Source: Oscillospiraceae bacterium (GTDB lineage Bacteria; Bacillota; Clostridia; Oscillospirales; Acutalibacteraceae). Taken from it: DNA of 53,499 bases. The notes below the pieces were generated by a model. That model ran no database searches and was not told the origin of the DNA. It saw only the letters and a program-made list of their open reading frames with translations. This document shows, in pieces, positions 53,351-53,499 of the stretch. Position numbers and translations under genes: made by a program. Location of the stretch: assembly GCA_902773485.1 (NCBI GenBank), contig CACYEQ010000041.1, forward strand, positions 1 through 53,499. Reading direction: 5' to 3'. Every line of letters begins with the position of its first letter. Position 1 is the first letter of the stretch.

Positions 53351-53499
53351 ATGGCAACTTCCATTGAACAACGCGAATACAGTATTAACGAGGTAATAAA
53401 CAAAATTTATGCTTTGGGCGAAGAATTTTCTTTTCTTGATGTTTTTCAGATAGGAAAATCGGTTTTGGGTCGCCCTATTCTGGCATTCAGAATAGGTAA
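53351..53499 (+). CDS. 5' fragment of an M14-like peptidase (gamma-D-glutamyl-diamino acid endopeptidase-like), truncated by the window end
   Basis: ATG follows GAGGTGG. The N-terminus ..FQIGKSVLGRPILAFRIG resembles M14 carboxypeptidase family N-termini. Only 49 codons are visible. Confidence 0.45.
   Translation, partial: MATSIEQREYSINEVINKIYALGEEFSFLDVFQIGKSVLGRPILAFRIG

Overview
AT-rich chromosomal segment from an endospore-forming, Clostridia-like Firmicute. This assignment rests on the spoVAC/spoVAD genes, ECF S-components, T-box, TPP and preQ1 leaders, and a GlnRS next to GluRS. The right third is the replication-origin neighbourhood. On the minus strand it carries dnaA-dnaN-yaaA-recF-remB-gyrB-(ycxB-like)-gyrA, which diverges from rpmH-rnpA-yidD-yidC-jag on the plus strand. 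The dnaA-dnaN spacer shows a recognisable oriC core: degenerate DnaA boxes, a GC cluster, a DnaA-trio array and an AT-rich stretch. The remainder is housekeeping or metabolic: spoVAC/AD, gltX-glnS, acpS, nadBC, prfA, a Met-to-Cys (cystathionine lyase plus CysK/CBS-like) operon, a two-component system, and an ACT-hom-aspartate kinase operon. It also holds a TPP-riboswitch-controlled thiT, a T-box(Trp)-controlled TrpXYZ-type ABC importer, a preQ1-riboswitch-controlled queT, livJHMGF, murD, an M42 peptidase and hemolysin III. No transposase, integrase, CRISPR array, rRNA or tRNA was seen.

Four observations stand out:
- A 29-codon leader ORF rich in cysteine codons (MCCC..C.C...C) has mutually exclusive terminator and antiterminator pairings in front of the cystathionine-lyase/CysK-like operon. 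I read it as a candidate ribosome-mediated cysteine attenuator. A second Cys-rich 51-codon ORF sits just upstream.
- A modular, hairpin-rich intergenic repeat family (REP/REPIN- or MITE-like) occupies essentially every spacer of the origin gene cluster. It abuts three stop codons with the same ATAG+GC-hairpin junction.
- A membrane protein with a zinc ribbon, a kinase fold and two PASTA domains has all three catalytic kinase residues substituted. It is a predicted pseudokinase and appears co-transcribed with an FN3-repeat lipoprotein.
- There are several smaller oddities: spoVAE is missing and replaced, a rhodanese domain is fused to a TtcA-type protein, an ABC ATPase has no partner, and nadBC lacks nadA and carries a structured leader.
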